From Paracoccaceae bacterium (GTDB lineage: Bacteria; Pseudomonadota; Alphaproteobacteria; Rhodobacterales; Rhodobacteraceae), in assembly GCA_029265455.1 (NCBI GenBank), contig JAJUJF010000001.1, forward strand, positions 32,040 through 96,039: a stretch of 64,000 nt of DNA. Reading direction: 5' to 3'. Shown in pieces: positions 33,302-41,722 of this stretch. Made by a program: the position numbers and the translations under genes. Below the pieces are notes generated by a model. The model had not been told where the DNA came from. It saw only the letters and a program-made list of their open reading frames with translations, and ran no database searches. The number at the start of each line of letters is the position of its first letter. The stretch's first letter is position 1.

Positions 33302-33889
33302 ATGCGGAGGTGGCTTCTTCTTGTCGCGCTAGTGGCGGCGAGTTCATGCAGTTCGACCGTCGAGAAGCCGCCGAGCACGGTCGTGGATGCCTGCCGGATG
33401 CAGGTGGAGCGCCCGCACTGGTTCAGGGCCATGCGCGAGACCGAGGCGAGATGGGGCGTGCCCGTGCATGTCCAGCTCGCCACCATCTCCCGCGAATCCA
33501 GTTTCGTGGCAGACGCCCGGCCGACGCGGCGGGAGCGGCGTTTCATCTTCTTCACCCGGGAGGTGCCGCGCTCCTCCGCCTATGGATACGCGCAGGCGAT
33601 CAACGGCACCTGGGAATGGTATCAGCGCGAAACCGGACGGTACCGCGCGAGTCGCACCAACTTCGCCGACGCTGCCGACTTCATCGGCTGGTACATGGCG
33701 AAGACGCAGCAGCGGAACGGCATCCCCGTGCACGACGCCTACAACCAGTATCTGGCGTATCACGAGGGCCATACCGGCTACGCGCGCGGCAGTTACGGCC
33801 GAAAGGGCTGGCTGACTCCCGTGGCCCGCGACGTCCAGAACTGGGCGAATCGTTATGAAGCCCAGCTCCGCACCTGCTCCTTCGGCTGA
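33302..33889 (+). CDS. Lipoprotein with lytic transglycosylase (SLT-like) domain
   Basis: Lipobox-like AASSC; ISRESSF catalytic-Glu motif; SSAYGYAQA; YLAYHEG. Confidence 0.82.
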   Translation: MRRWLLLVALVAASSCSSTVEKPPSTVVDACRMQVERPHWFRAMRETEARWGVPVHVQLATISRESSFVADARPTRRERRFIFFTREVPRSSAYGYAQAINGTWEWYQRETGRYRASRTNFADAADFIGWYMAKTQQRNGIPVHDAYNQYLAYHEGHTGYARGSYGRKGWLTPVARDVQNWANRYEAQLRTCSFG

Positions 33890-33920
33890 TTTCTCCACCT
33901 CGCGGGTGCGCGCGGCCTGA

Positions 33921-34892
33921 TCAGGCGGATGCCACCGGCACCCGCCCGTTCACGGTATCCACGGTGTCCTCGGTGCGTCCCGTGCAGTCGCCTGCCGGAT
34001 TGCGGGGCCAGCCCGGGGCAAGTTCGATCCGCTGGCGCGGCGGCGAGATGCGGCGCTCCCGCATCGCTTGGTCGACCCGCTGCAGGATCTCGTCGCGGCA
34101 GTCGAGGTCGCGGTCGAAACGCGGCACCCAATAGCGCAAGGCATACCGGATCCCGTCGGCGCCATAGGTCAGCACCCGCACGTCCGGCTTTGGTTCCTGA
34201 AGAATGGTCCGCGCGCCCTGCATCACCTCGCGCAGCATCGACCGCGCCACCGCCACCGGCACGCCATGATCGAGCGTGATCTCGACCTGCGCCCGGTACT
34301 CCCGCCGCGGCGCGCTGTAATTGGTCAGCCTCTGCCGCGCGATCTGACTGTTCGGCAGGATCATGTAGGTCGAATCCCGCGTCATCAGCCGGGTCGTCCG
34401 CCAGCCGATGTCGATCACGCGTCCCCGCGCCACGTTCTCGATCTCGACCCAGTCACCGATCCGGAAGGGTGCCTCGAGCCCCAGCGCGATCCCGGAAAGC
34501 GTATCCGCGACGACATTCCGGATCGCGAAGCCCATAAGGGCGATCAGAAGACCGGAACTCGCCAGCGCACCGGTCCACCCCTGACCGAGGAAGAGCATCA
34601 CCGTGGCAATGAAGGCGACGACGAAGAGGCCGGCCCGTATGAGCTGCATGTGCAGGCGAGGCATCGGGCGGCTCCGCTTCGCCATGCGACCGAAACCGAT
34701 CTCGACCATGCGCGAGAACAGCCAGGCAATGGTGAAGTTGCTCAGCCCGCCAAGGGCGAGCCGCAGCCCATCAAGCCCGTCGTCAAGTCCGAGTATCAGC
34801 TTGATCGCAGGGTAGAACCCCGTAAGGGCAAGGCTGATGGCCGCAGCCACGGCCGGCCAGAGCAGGGTCCTCCACTCCCCCCGCTCCCTCAT
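33921..34892 (-). CDS. mscS: Mechanosensitive ion channel, MscS family
   Basis: N-terminal TM helices, PFRIGDWVEI...GRVIDIGWRTT...LPNSQI. Confidence 0.9.
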   Translation of the reverse strand: MRERGEWRTLLWPAVAAAISLALTGFYPAIKLILGLDDGLDGLRLALGGLSNFTIAWLFSRMVEIGFGRMAKRSRPMPRLHMQLIRAGLFVVAFIATVMLFLGQGWTGALASSGLLIALMGFAIRNVVADTLSGIALGLEAPFRIGDWVEIENVARGRVIDIGWRTTRLMTRDSTYMILPNSQIARQRLTNYSAPRREYRAQVEITLDHGVPVAVARSMLREVMQGARTILQEPKPDVRVLTYGADGIRYALRYWVPRFDRDLDCRDEILQRVDQAMRERRISPPRQRIELAPGWPRNPAGDCTGRTEDTVDTVNGRVPVASA

Positions 34893-35170
34893 GTTGGCTT
34901 CCTCCCCGGGAACCCTCCTGCAGGCGGTTCGACGGTTCTTCGCCCTCGCCCGTCATCCCGCGAACGGAAAACCGGAGTGACGAGTGAGGCGCGGCAGAAG
35001 GGGCAGTGGCTCGCGGCTGCCCGCGGCAGCGGCGTGCCACAGGCGCGGCAGCTCGTTCCGGACCGCGGGACAGTGATCGTCGCGCGACACTTCGGACAAC
35101 GCGACACAGCGGACCGGGGCAGCTCGACGCCGCACTGGAAACAGGAACGGAAGGAAACGGAATACGACAT
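34889..35170 (-). CDS. Double zinc-ribbon protein, 93 aa
   Basis: Four CxxC motifs (CFQC, CPKC, CRAC, CPFC) in two ~31-aa repeats; RBS GGAG; stop overlaps mscS start (ATGA). Confidence 0.78.
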   Translation of the reverse strand: MSYSVSFRSCFQCGVELPRSAVSRCPKCRATITVPRSGTSCRACGTPLPRAAASHCPFCRASLVTPVFRSRDDGRGRRTVEPPAGGFPGRKPT

Positions 35171-35313
35171 GGCTCTCTTGCTCCGGACAGGATGATGAAA
35201 ACGCGATGCTGCCCGGAGCGCTGGAGCGCACGACTCAGATCATGGCGACCACGCTCCGGGCAATCCATCTGCCTTTCGAAGGCTCCGACGTTCCGGAATT
35301 CCGGATGGGCGGC

Positions 35314-35754
35314 TCATCGCTTCTCCCCCGATCGGTCGGCAGCAGGCGAGACCCGGATCACCGTCAGCTTCCGCGTCTCGCCGTCTCGTGTTTCCCAGGT
35401 GAGGGACGCGCCCTCACGCAGTCCGATCAGCGCGACGCCGATCGGCGTCATGACCGACGTCCGCCCCTTGTCGATATCAGCATCCTGGGGCAGGACGAGG
35501 ACCACTGTATGCTCGCGGCCGGTAGTCTCGTCCCGGAACACGACCTCCCGGCCCAGAGCGACGATATCGGGGCGCAATCGCGGGGGGCTGACAATGCGCG
35601 CCCGTGCGATCTCGCCAAGGAGCTTCTCGGCAAGCTCCGGCGTTCGGCGCATGGCGCCGGTCGCCAGGCTCTCGAGCTGGTCGGCCTGGTCGGAGTCAAG
35701 AACGATCGGCGCGGTCCGTCGGGCAACACGCGCTGATTGGCTGCTGGCCGCCAT
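35314..35754 (-). CDS. rnk: Nucleoside diphosphate kinase regulator (GreA/B family)
   Basis: LLGEIARARIV, LVLPQDAD...GRTSVMTPIGVALIGLREG. Confidence 0.92.
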   Translation of the reverse strand: MAASSQSARVARRTAPIVLDSDQADQLESLATGAMRRTPELAEKLLGEIARARIVSPPRLRPDIVALGREVVFRDETTGREHTVVLVLPQDADIDKGRTSVMTPIGVALIGLREGASLTWETRDGETRKLTVIRVSPAADRSGEKR

Positions 35755-35812
35755 GATCTGTCTGCTTTCTGTAAATGGCCGGCGGAAAACGGATACCGGC
35801 GAGCGGAGAATG

Positions 35813-35995
35813 TTATGCCGCAGCCGGACCGGGATCGGTATCGTCCGGCGTCTCCGACGGCGTGTGACTGGTTGTGTTACGGCGATCCTGCAGCGTGACG
35901 ACCTTCCCCTCGCCGAGCGGCCGCTCCGGGGTCGGCTCCTGTTCGGCGGAGAGCTCCGAACCTCTGGACTTCAGAAACTCCACGATGCTGCGCAT
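35813..35995 (-). CDS. 60-aa hypothetical protein
   Basis: Strong RBS GGAGG before ATG; first ORF behind a sigma70-like promoter; no family recognised. Confidence 0.55.
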   Translation of the reverse strand: MRSIVEFLKSRGSELSAEQEPTPERPLGEGKVVTLQDRRNTTSHTPSETPDDTDPGPAAA

Positions 35996-36050
35996 GATGA
36001 TCCTCCGGCAACGTCGCCGTTCGCTGATTGAGACCTGATGCTGGAACCAA

Positions 36051-36093
36051 CCCCGAGCGGGCGGTCAGCGAGTGCCGCCTATCCCGCTCGGGG
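36051..36093. other. Long hairpin in the leader of the 60aa-rnk-DZR-mscS unit
   Basis: CCCCGAGCGGG (36051-61) / CCCGCTCGGGG (36083-93) plus inner GCGG/CCGC pairing. Confidence 0.65.
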
Positions 36094-36145
36094 AACGAGG
36101 CGGTTCAGCAGTCGACCTGCTGCCCGCGTGCCTGGACCGCCAACG

Positions 36146-36192
36146 ATTATCATAATGTCGTGAAAGGTAGGCATCTCCCCGTGGAAAGTCAA
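36146..36192 (-). promoter_or_regulatory. Sigma70-type promoter with a palindromic operator at the predicted start site
   Basis: Minus strand TTGACT-N17-TACCTT (36192-36164); palindrome ATTAT-C-ATAAT at 36146-36156. Confidence 0.55.
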
Positions 36193-36206
36193 CGCGCTTG
36201 CCCCGC

Positions 36207-36228
36207 CCCCGGCACTCACATGCCGGGG
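36207..36228 (-). terminator. Hairpin downstream of the D-Ala-D-Ala carboxypeptidase gene
   Basis: CCCCGGCA-ctcaca-TGCCGGGG; no clear U-tract. Confidence 0.45.
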
Positions 36229-36285
36229 CCGGAAGTGACTTGCCTCGATGGAGAAAATCCGGCGGTGCCTCCCGTGCGGCCGGGC

Positions 36286-37713
36286 TCAGATACCCGGCTC
36301 GATCGGTTCGCATTCCGCCTGCTGGCGGGCAAGGCGCGAACAGGCAGCCACCGCCGCCTCGCGACTCATGCCGACAAACTGGGCGCGGAACAGCGTCACG
36401 CCGTTTCCGCTGACCGGCTCGATCCGGCGCAGACCGCCCGCAAGTTCCGGCACATCCATGAGAGCCGTGGTGAGCAGATGGCGCTCGGCGTCACCCTTGG
36501 CGCGGAATGCCCCGAGCTGCACCCCCCAGGCATTTCCGCCTGTCGAAGCCTCGCCGGGATCATCGACGCGGATGCCGGCTGTCGCGGATCGAGCGGGCGG
36601 CTCCACCGCGACGAAGGTCGAGCCCATTCCCGCCGCCGCCACGCGCACGCCCTCGATGCCGCGTGGCCTGGGCCGGGCGCCTGTAGCGAGATCGGTGCCG
36701 CGGTCGCTGCCCTGATTGAGTTCAGCATTCACCTCGGCGATCGCCTGGGCGATCGATTCGACATTGCGCGTGACCACCGCGGCCGTTCGCGTCGCGCCAC
36801 GGGGCAGAGGCCTGTCGGCGCTGGCAAGCGCCGTGCCTGCGGCAGCGACCCCGGCGGGCGCGGTAACACCCGCCACCCGGAGGGGCGGCAGTGCCGCAAA
36901 CTGCGCCCGTGCCGGCATCTTCCCGAGGCCGAGATCCATCAGCCGCGCTACCTCGGCGTTGCGTGACGCCGCGCTCTTGCCTCCGAAGAGCGAGACGATC
37001 ACCCGCCGGTCACCGCGCCGGGCAGAGGAGACGAGATTGAAGCCGGCGGCGCGGGTATAGCCGGTCTTGATGCCGTCAGCCCCGTCATAGGAGTCGAGGA
37101 GGCGACTGTTGGTATTGGTGATCGTCGCGGTCCCGGCCGAGGTCGAACGGCGGCTGAAGAGATTGTAGTATTGAGGGAAATCGTAGAGGATCCGCCGGCC
37201 GAGGATCGCCATGTCCTTCGCGGTGGACAGGTGCCCGTCCTGGGTCAGGCCGTGGGCGTTCTTGAAGGTCGTCTGGGTCATGCCCATTGCACGGGCGTAG
37301 GCGTTCATCCGTGCCGCGAACGCCTCTTCCGTCCCCGCCACCGCCTCGCCAAGGGCCGTTGCCGCGTCGTTGGCCGAGCGAATCGCCGCGGCACGGATCA
37401 GGTAACGCAACTCGATCTGCTGGCCTGCCCGCAGCCCGAGTTTCGACGGAGGCTCGGCCGCCGCATTGCGCGAGATCGTCACCTTCTGGTCGAGCGACAT
37501 CCGACCGCGGCGAATCTCGTCGAAGACGATATAGAGGGTCATCATCTTGGTCAGCGAGGCCGGATGCAACCGCGTCTCCGCGTTGCGCGAATGGAGCACC
37601 TGTCCGGTGCGGGCATCCATCACGTAAGCGGCGTATTGCTGGGCCTGAGCAATGGTCGCCGAAGCGGCGAGCACGATAGCGAGAATCACCCCGCGCGTGA
37701 TCGAGTGTCTCAT
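36286..37713 (-). CDS. D-alanyl-D-alanine carboxypeptidase (S11) with C-terminal SPOR-like domain
   Basis: HPASLTKMMT (SxxK), SAN, GIKTGYT, VQLGAF. Confidence 0.93.
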   Translation of the reverse strand: MRHSITRGVILAIVLAASATIAQAQQYAAYVMDARTGQVLHSRNAETRLHPASLTKMMTLYIVFDEIRRGRMSLDQKVTISRNAAAEPPSKLGLRAGQQIELRYLIRAAAIRSANDAATALGEAVAGTEEAFAARMNAYARAMGMTQTTFKNAHGLTQDGHLSTAKDMAILGRRILYDFPQYYNLFSRRSTSAGTATITNTNSRLLDSYDGADGIKTGYTRAAGFNLVSSARRGDRRVIVSLFGGKSAASRNAEVARLMDLGLGKMPARAQFAALPPLRVAGVTAPAGVAAAGTALASADRPLPRGATRTAAVVTRNVESIAQAIAEVNAELNQGSDRGTDLATGARPRPRGIEGVRVAAAGMGSTFVAVEPPARSATAGIRVDDPGEASTGGNAWGVQLGAFRAKGDAERHLLTTALMDVPELAGGLRRIEPVSGNGVTLFRAQFVGMSREAAVAACSRLARQQAECEPIEPGI

Positions 37714-37897
37714 CACTGCCTCCGACACGGGTGATTCCCGCGTCATACCTCGTGAAATGCCGGCTTCTTGTCTCAACCGGCGATTTATTTTCGGTTAGCC
37801 TAGCATGGCGGCATCAACGGGGAAAGCCGTTTGCTGTCAGGGGCCCAGCGCAGGATGCTCGCGTGCAACAGCAATACGGGGAGGCGCATCATCATAC

Positions 37898-37944
37898 CGC
37901 ATTGCAGCATGTTTGTTGACGCACTGCAGCATGCTCCCTATCCT
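37898..37944 (+). promoter_or_regulatory. Sigma70-type promoter with two PhaR-like TGC boxes
   Basis: TTGACG(37916)-N17-TATCCT; boxes GCATTGCAGCAT (37899) and GCACTGCAGCAT (37921). Confidence 0.68.
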
Positions 37945-37994
37945 GATGCTGCCACAACCGGCACAGACCTATCAGCAACACCGAGGAGTCGTGC

Positions 37995-38552
37995 ATGACC
38001 ACCAAGACGACCGCCCGCTCGGCCGCCAGCGAGGCGGCGCAGGCCGGCACCGACGCCGCGAAGACCGCCGCGGGCGCCACGAAGGACACCGCGAAGACTG
38101 CTGCGGATGCCGCGACCGACGCGGCCCGGGAAGCCACCGCCACCTTCGGCAGCCTCGCTGCTGAAAGCCAGCGCAATCTCAGCGAGAGCCTCGAGAAGTT
38201 CTCGAAGGGCCTCGAAGGCCTTACCTCGTTCAGCCAGGAAAACGTCGAGGCTGTCGTGAAGTCCTCCGAAATCGCCGTCAAGGCGTTCGAGGGCATCGGC
38301 TCCGAAATCTCGGCCTATTCGCGCAAGTCGTTCGAGGACGGTGTCGCCGCCGCCCAGGACCTCGCTTCGGCGCGGACGGTGACCGAGCTCTTCGAGAAGC
38401 AGACTGCCTACGCGCAGACCGCTTTCGAGGGCTGGCTCAACCAGACCAGCAAGATGAACGAGATCCTCGCCGCCGCGGCGAAGGACATCACAACGCCGAT
38501 CGGCGAGCGCCTTTCGGCGGCGTCGGACGCGGTGAAGAGCTTCACGCTCTGA
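37995..38552 (+). CDS. phaP: Phasin family protein with Ala/Thr-rich N-terminal extension
   Basis: [12 protein letters not shown]...[13 protein letters not shown]...PIGER. Confidence 0.85.
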   Translation: MTTKTTARSAASEAAQAGTDAAKTAAGATKDTAKTAADAATDAAREATATFGSLAAESQRNLSESLEKFSKGLEGLTSFSQENVEAVVKSSEIAVKAFEGIGSEISAYSRKSFEDGVAAAQDLASARTVTELFEKQTAYAQTAFEGWLNQTSKMNEILAAAAKDITTPIGERLSAASDAVKSFTL

Positions 38553-38577
38553 TCACCTCGCCGACCTGGGGTGGAAG

Positions 38578-38599
38578 AGGGGGCTTCGGGCCCCCTTTT
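38578..38599 (+). terminator. Intrinsic terminator after the phasin gene
   Basis: AGGGGGC-ttcgg-GCCCCCT followed by a T-run. Confidence 0.72.
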
Positions 38600-38661
38600 C
38601 TATTTGCGGCATTCCCTTATATCCTCCTGCCAGACGCCGCCGTTGGAATGCCGATACGACA

Positions 38662-38985
38662 ATGCCAGGAACCGATCGCAAGGGCCCGGGCTCCGAGACC
38701 GGGCTCCTGACAGAGACGAAGACGAGAACGCAGCGACCGCCTCTCTACAAGGTGCTGCTTCTCAACGATGATTACACGCCGATGGAGTTCGTGGTCCACG
38801 TTCTCGAACGGTTCTTCGGCGTGTCGCATGACCATGCGGTCGAACTCATGCTCACGGTCCATCGCAAGGGTGTCGCTGTCGTCGGCGTCTTCTCCTTCGA
38901 GATCGCCGAGACCAAGGTGACCCAGGTAATGGACTACGCCCGCCGGCATCAGCATCCACTGCAATGCACGATGGAACGGGAATGA
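38662..38985 (+). CDS. clpS: ATP-dependent Clp protease adaptor ClpS
   Basis: [17 protein letters not shown]...VHRKG...EIAETKV...HPLQCTME. Confidence 0.97.
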   Translation: MPGTDRKGPGSETGLLTETKTRTQRPPLYKVLLLNDDYTPMEFVVHVLERFFGVSHDHAVELMLTVHRKGVAVVGVFSFEIAETKVTQVMDYARRHQHPLQCTMERE

Positions 38986-39065
38986 CGCGGACAATATGGC
39001 CGTGAGCCTGCTGACGACTCCGGAAGCGCAGGGATGAGTCGGTTGATGACCCGGGCATTGCGGCC

Positions 39066-40085
39066 GTGAGCCGCCGCGACGACCGGCTTCTTCTCGCCCG
39101 GGAAGCGGGTGAGCTCCCGCTTCCGGATGAGGGCATGATCGCCGTCCTGCGGGCGTCGATGTCCGGGCTCTACTCAGCTGTCGGGTCGCATCGCTTCCTC
39201 TGTCAGCAGGGCTTCCGTCCGCTTCACGATCGCCTCGCCGGCGAGGGTCTCGCCGTTTCGCCCGACACACCGGGATCGGCTGCGGCGGCGATCGTCTTCG
39301 CGACGCGATCCCGCAGCGATTCCCTCGGCGCGGTGGCCGAGGCGCTGGCGCTGGTGCCGCCCGGTGCAGTCGTTGCCGTTACCGGCGCGCGCACGGACGG
39401 AATCGACGCGCTGATGCGCCAGATCGGCAGCGTGATGCCGCTCGACGGCCGCATGTCGAAGGCGCATGGCCGCGTCTTCCACTTCCGCCGCCCCGTACAG
39501 TTGCCGACGGAAGTCGAGAGCTGGGCCGCCGATCATGCCCTCCGCCCCAATGCCGCGGGTTTCATGACCGGTCCGGGAATGTTCAGCCCCGATCATCCCG
39601 ATCCCGGATCGGAGCGCCTCGCTTCGCATGCGCAGGGCCGGCTCGGTGGGGCCGTCGCGGATCTCGGTGCTGGCTGGGGCTGGCTTGCGGCGCGGCTGCT
39701 CGCGACAAATCCGGAGATTGCCACACTTGATCTCCATGAAGCCGAGGCGCGCGCCCTCGAGGCCGCGCGGCGGAACGTCACCGATCCTCGTGCCAGCTTT
39801 CACTGGAGCGATGTCACCCGCCTCACAGGCTCAGGCTACGACTGGGTCGTCTCCAACCCGCCCTTCCACCGTGGCCGCGCTGCGGAGCCGGAGCTTGGCG
39901 TGTCGTTCATCACCGCTGCCGCGCGCCTGCTGAAACCGGCAGGCAGCCTCCTCCTCGTCGCCAACCGCTCCCTCCCTTACGAGGCGACGCTCGCCCGGGT
40001 CTTCCGGAGCGTGACGCCGCTGGCCGAGGATGAAGCATACAAGGTGATCGAGGCGAAGCGCCCGGTGACCGCCCGATCCGGCTGA
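39066..40085 (+). CDS. Class I SAM-dependent methyltransferase (RsmC/MTS-like)
   Basis: PGMFS...DPGS, DLGAGWG, NPPFH, VANRSLPYE. Confidence 0.9.
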   Translation: MSRRDDRLLLAREAGELPLPDEGMIAVLRASMSGLYSAVGSHRFLCQQGFRPLHDRLAGEGLAVSPDTPGSAAAAIVFATRSRSDSLGAVAEALALVPPGAVVAVTGARTDGIDALMRQIGSVMPLDGRMSKAHGRVFHFRRPVQLPTEVESWAADHALRPNAAGFMTGPGMFSPDHPDPGSERLASHAQGRLGGAVADLGAGWGWLAARLLATNPEIATLDLHEAEARALEAARRNVTDPRASFHWSDVTRLTGSGYDWVVSNPPFHRGRAAEPELGVSFITAAARLLKPAGSLLLVANRSLPYEATLARVFRSVTPLAEDEAYKVIEAKRPVTARSG

Positions 40086-40099
40086 CCGCTTGCCCCCGC

Positions 40100-40912
40100 T
40101 CAGCGCCGCCTTCCCTTCTTCTCGCCCTCGACGCTCTTGCGAAGTGCATCGAGAATCGAGACCACTTCGCCTTCGCCGGAGTCACCGGTACGGGCGGGAC
40201 GCCTTTTCGGTGCGGGCCTTGCCTTCCTCTGCTTCTCCCTGATCATCGTCACCAGCTGGTCCTGGACCGGATCCCGCACCATCTTTGGCGACCAGGGCTT
40301 CGTCCGGCTGTCGATCAGCTGCGTGAGGAGTTCGAGCGCCTCCGGCTCGGGCTCAACCGCCTTGATCCCCTCGAAATACGGGTCCGGATCGCGCACCTCG
40401 TCGCCGTAGCGAAGCGTCCAGACCACGAGCCCCTTGCCACAGGGTTCGACCATCACCGCCCGCTCGCGGCGGTAGAGCACCAGCCGGGAGATGCCGACGG
40501 TGTCGGTGGCCTTCATCGCCTCCCGGATGACCGCGAAGGCCTCGTCGCTCGCCTTGTCGTCCGGCTTGAGGTGATGCGGCCGGTCAAGCCAGATCCAGCC
40601 GATCGAATCACGTGGCACGAACTTCTCGATGTCGATGACCCGCGTGCTCTCGAGTGCGACGGCTTCCAGATCCTCGTCCTCGACGATCACGTGCCGCTCA
40701 TCCGGGAGGAAGTAGGCACGTGCCTCCTCCCCCTCCGCCACCGGCTCGCCAGTCACCGAGTCCATGTACTGGCTGCGGACGCGGTTCCCGGTCTTCGCGT
40801 TCAGCGTATGAAAACGCACCTTCTCCCGGGTGGTCAGCGCCGGCGCCATCGTCACGGCGCAGCTCACCAGGGAGAACTTGAGATATCCCTTCCAGAAGGA
40901 GCGAGGAGCCAT
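40100..40912 (-). CDS. ku: Ku protein (non-homologous end joining)
   Basis: RSFWKGYLKFSLVSCAV, FHTLNAKTGNRV, IDIEKFVP, LRYGDEVR, VVSILDALRKS. Confidence 0.95.
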   Translation of the reverse strand: MAPRSFWKGYLKFSLVSCAVTMAPALTTREKVRFHTLNAKTGNRVRSQYMDSVTGEPVAEGEEARAYFLPDERHVIVEDEDLEAVALESTRVIDIEKFVPRDSIGWIWLDRPHHLKPDDKASDEAFAVIREAMKATDTVGISRLVLYRRERAVMVEPCGKGLVVWTLRYGDEVRDPDPYFEGIKAVEPEPEALELLTQLIDSRTKPWSPKMVRDPVQDQLVTMIREKQRKARPAPKRRPARTGDSGEGEVVSILDALRKSVEGEKKGRRR

Positions 40913-40984
40913 CCAGCCTCCGTCATCATCCGGGCGATATGCTGCACCCCCACAGCCCTCGCCTGGAGCGGCAAGGAACAGAAG

Positions 40985-41062
40985 TCAGATCGCCCCGAAC
41001 AGCATCAGGAGGATGATCAACGTGATCGGCACCCCGAGCAGCCACAACAGGATCGGAACCAT
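40985..41062 (-). CDS. 25-aa single-TM small protein, not in ORF track
   Basis: MVPILLWLLGVPITLIILLMLFGAI*; RBS GAGGGG, 10 nt after the upstream sORF stop. Confidence 0.78.
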   Translation of the reverse strand: MVPILLWLLGVPITLIILLMLFGAI

Positions 41063-41071
41063 GGTGTCCCC

Positions 41072-41158
41072 TCAGAAGATCAGGGCAAGGAGCCCGATGA
41101 CGACCAGGAGGCCGATGAGGAAGATGACGCCGATCGTGCCTCCGATGAACTTCAGCAT
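41072..41158 (-). CDS. 28-aa single-TM small protein, YohP-like, not in ORF track
   Basis: MLKFIGGTIGVIFLIGLLVVIGLLALIF*; RBS AAGGAG; exact EcfG-type promoter upstream. Confidence 0.8.
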   Translation of the reverse strand: MLKFIGGTIGVIFLIGLLVVIGLLALIF

Positions 41159-41207
41159 TGCCGCTCCTTTCGGGCAAGAACGCGACGGGGCGCGTGATTC
41201 GCTGATC

Positions 41208-41232
41208 AACGGGCAGCGCCCCCGGCGGTTCC
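41208..41232 (-). promoter_or_regulatory. EcfG/sigmaT/RpoE2-type general stress promoter
   Basis: Minus strand GGAAC-cgccgggggcgctgcc-CGTT (N16), exact consensus, 50 nt upstream of the 28-aa ATG. Confidence 0.78.
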
Positions 41233-41235
41233 CCG

Positions 41236-41574
41236 TCAGACGACGCGGATCAGCCGGGCTTCCAGCGGGCGGAGCACCTGGCGAAGATCATGGCCGCGGC
41301 GCAGGATCCGCCCGTCCATGCCGAGCACCGAATACTGCCCCTGCCGCGCGGCAAGCTTCGGCCGCTTCTCGATCCGGTAAAGCGGATGTTCGGCCGAATG
41401 CCGGAACACCGAGAACACCGCCACGTCATGCAGGAGCGAGATCCCGTAATCCCGCCAGATCCCGGCCGCCACGGCACGGCCGTAGAGGCCCAGAATCACG
41501 GAGAGTTCCGCTCGATTGAAGCTGACGCGGTCGGGAAGGGGCGAGAACGGCACAACCTTGGTGGATGGTCCCAT
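41236..41574 (-). CDS. DUF2794 domain protein
   Basis: VSFNRAELSVILGLYGRAVAAGIWRDYGI...PLYRIEKRPKL. Confidence 0.9.
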   Translation of the reverse strand: MGPSTKVVPFSPLPDRVSFNRAELSVILGLYGRAVAAGIWRDYGISLLHDVAVFSVFRHSAEHPLYRIEKRPKLAARQGQYSVLGMDGRILRRGHDLRQVLRPLEARLIRVV

Positions 41575-41654
41575 CCCCCCAGCTTAACCGCCGTGCCACC
41601 GTTGGCAAGCTGCCCGCTTCGTCCTGTACGGACATGCCCCGGTGCTGCGCCTGC

Positions 41655-41679
41655 CGAACCAGGTGCCCGTACCTGCGTT
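41655..41679 (+). promoter_or_regulatory. EcfG-type promoter (near consensus)
   Basis: CGAAC-caggtgcccgtacctg-CGTT (N16), 43 nt upstream of the cupin ATG. Confidence 0.62.
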
Positions 41680-41722
41680 CATCCGCGAAGCGCATGACTT
41701 GAGGACTGGAGACGCAGCCGCC

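Noticed and set aside
38662-38985. clpS not followed by clpA
   Set aside because: As recalled, this split with a downstream methyltransferase is usual in Rhodobacterales; not treated as novel
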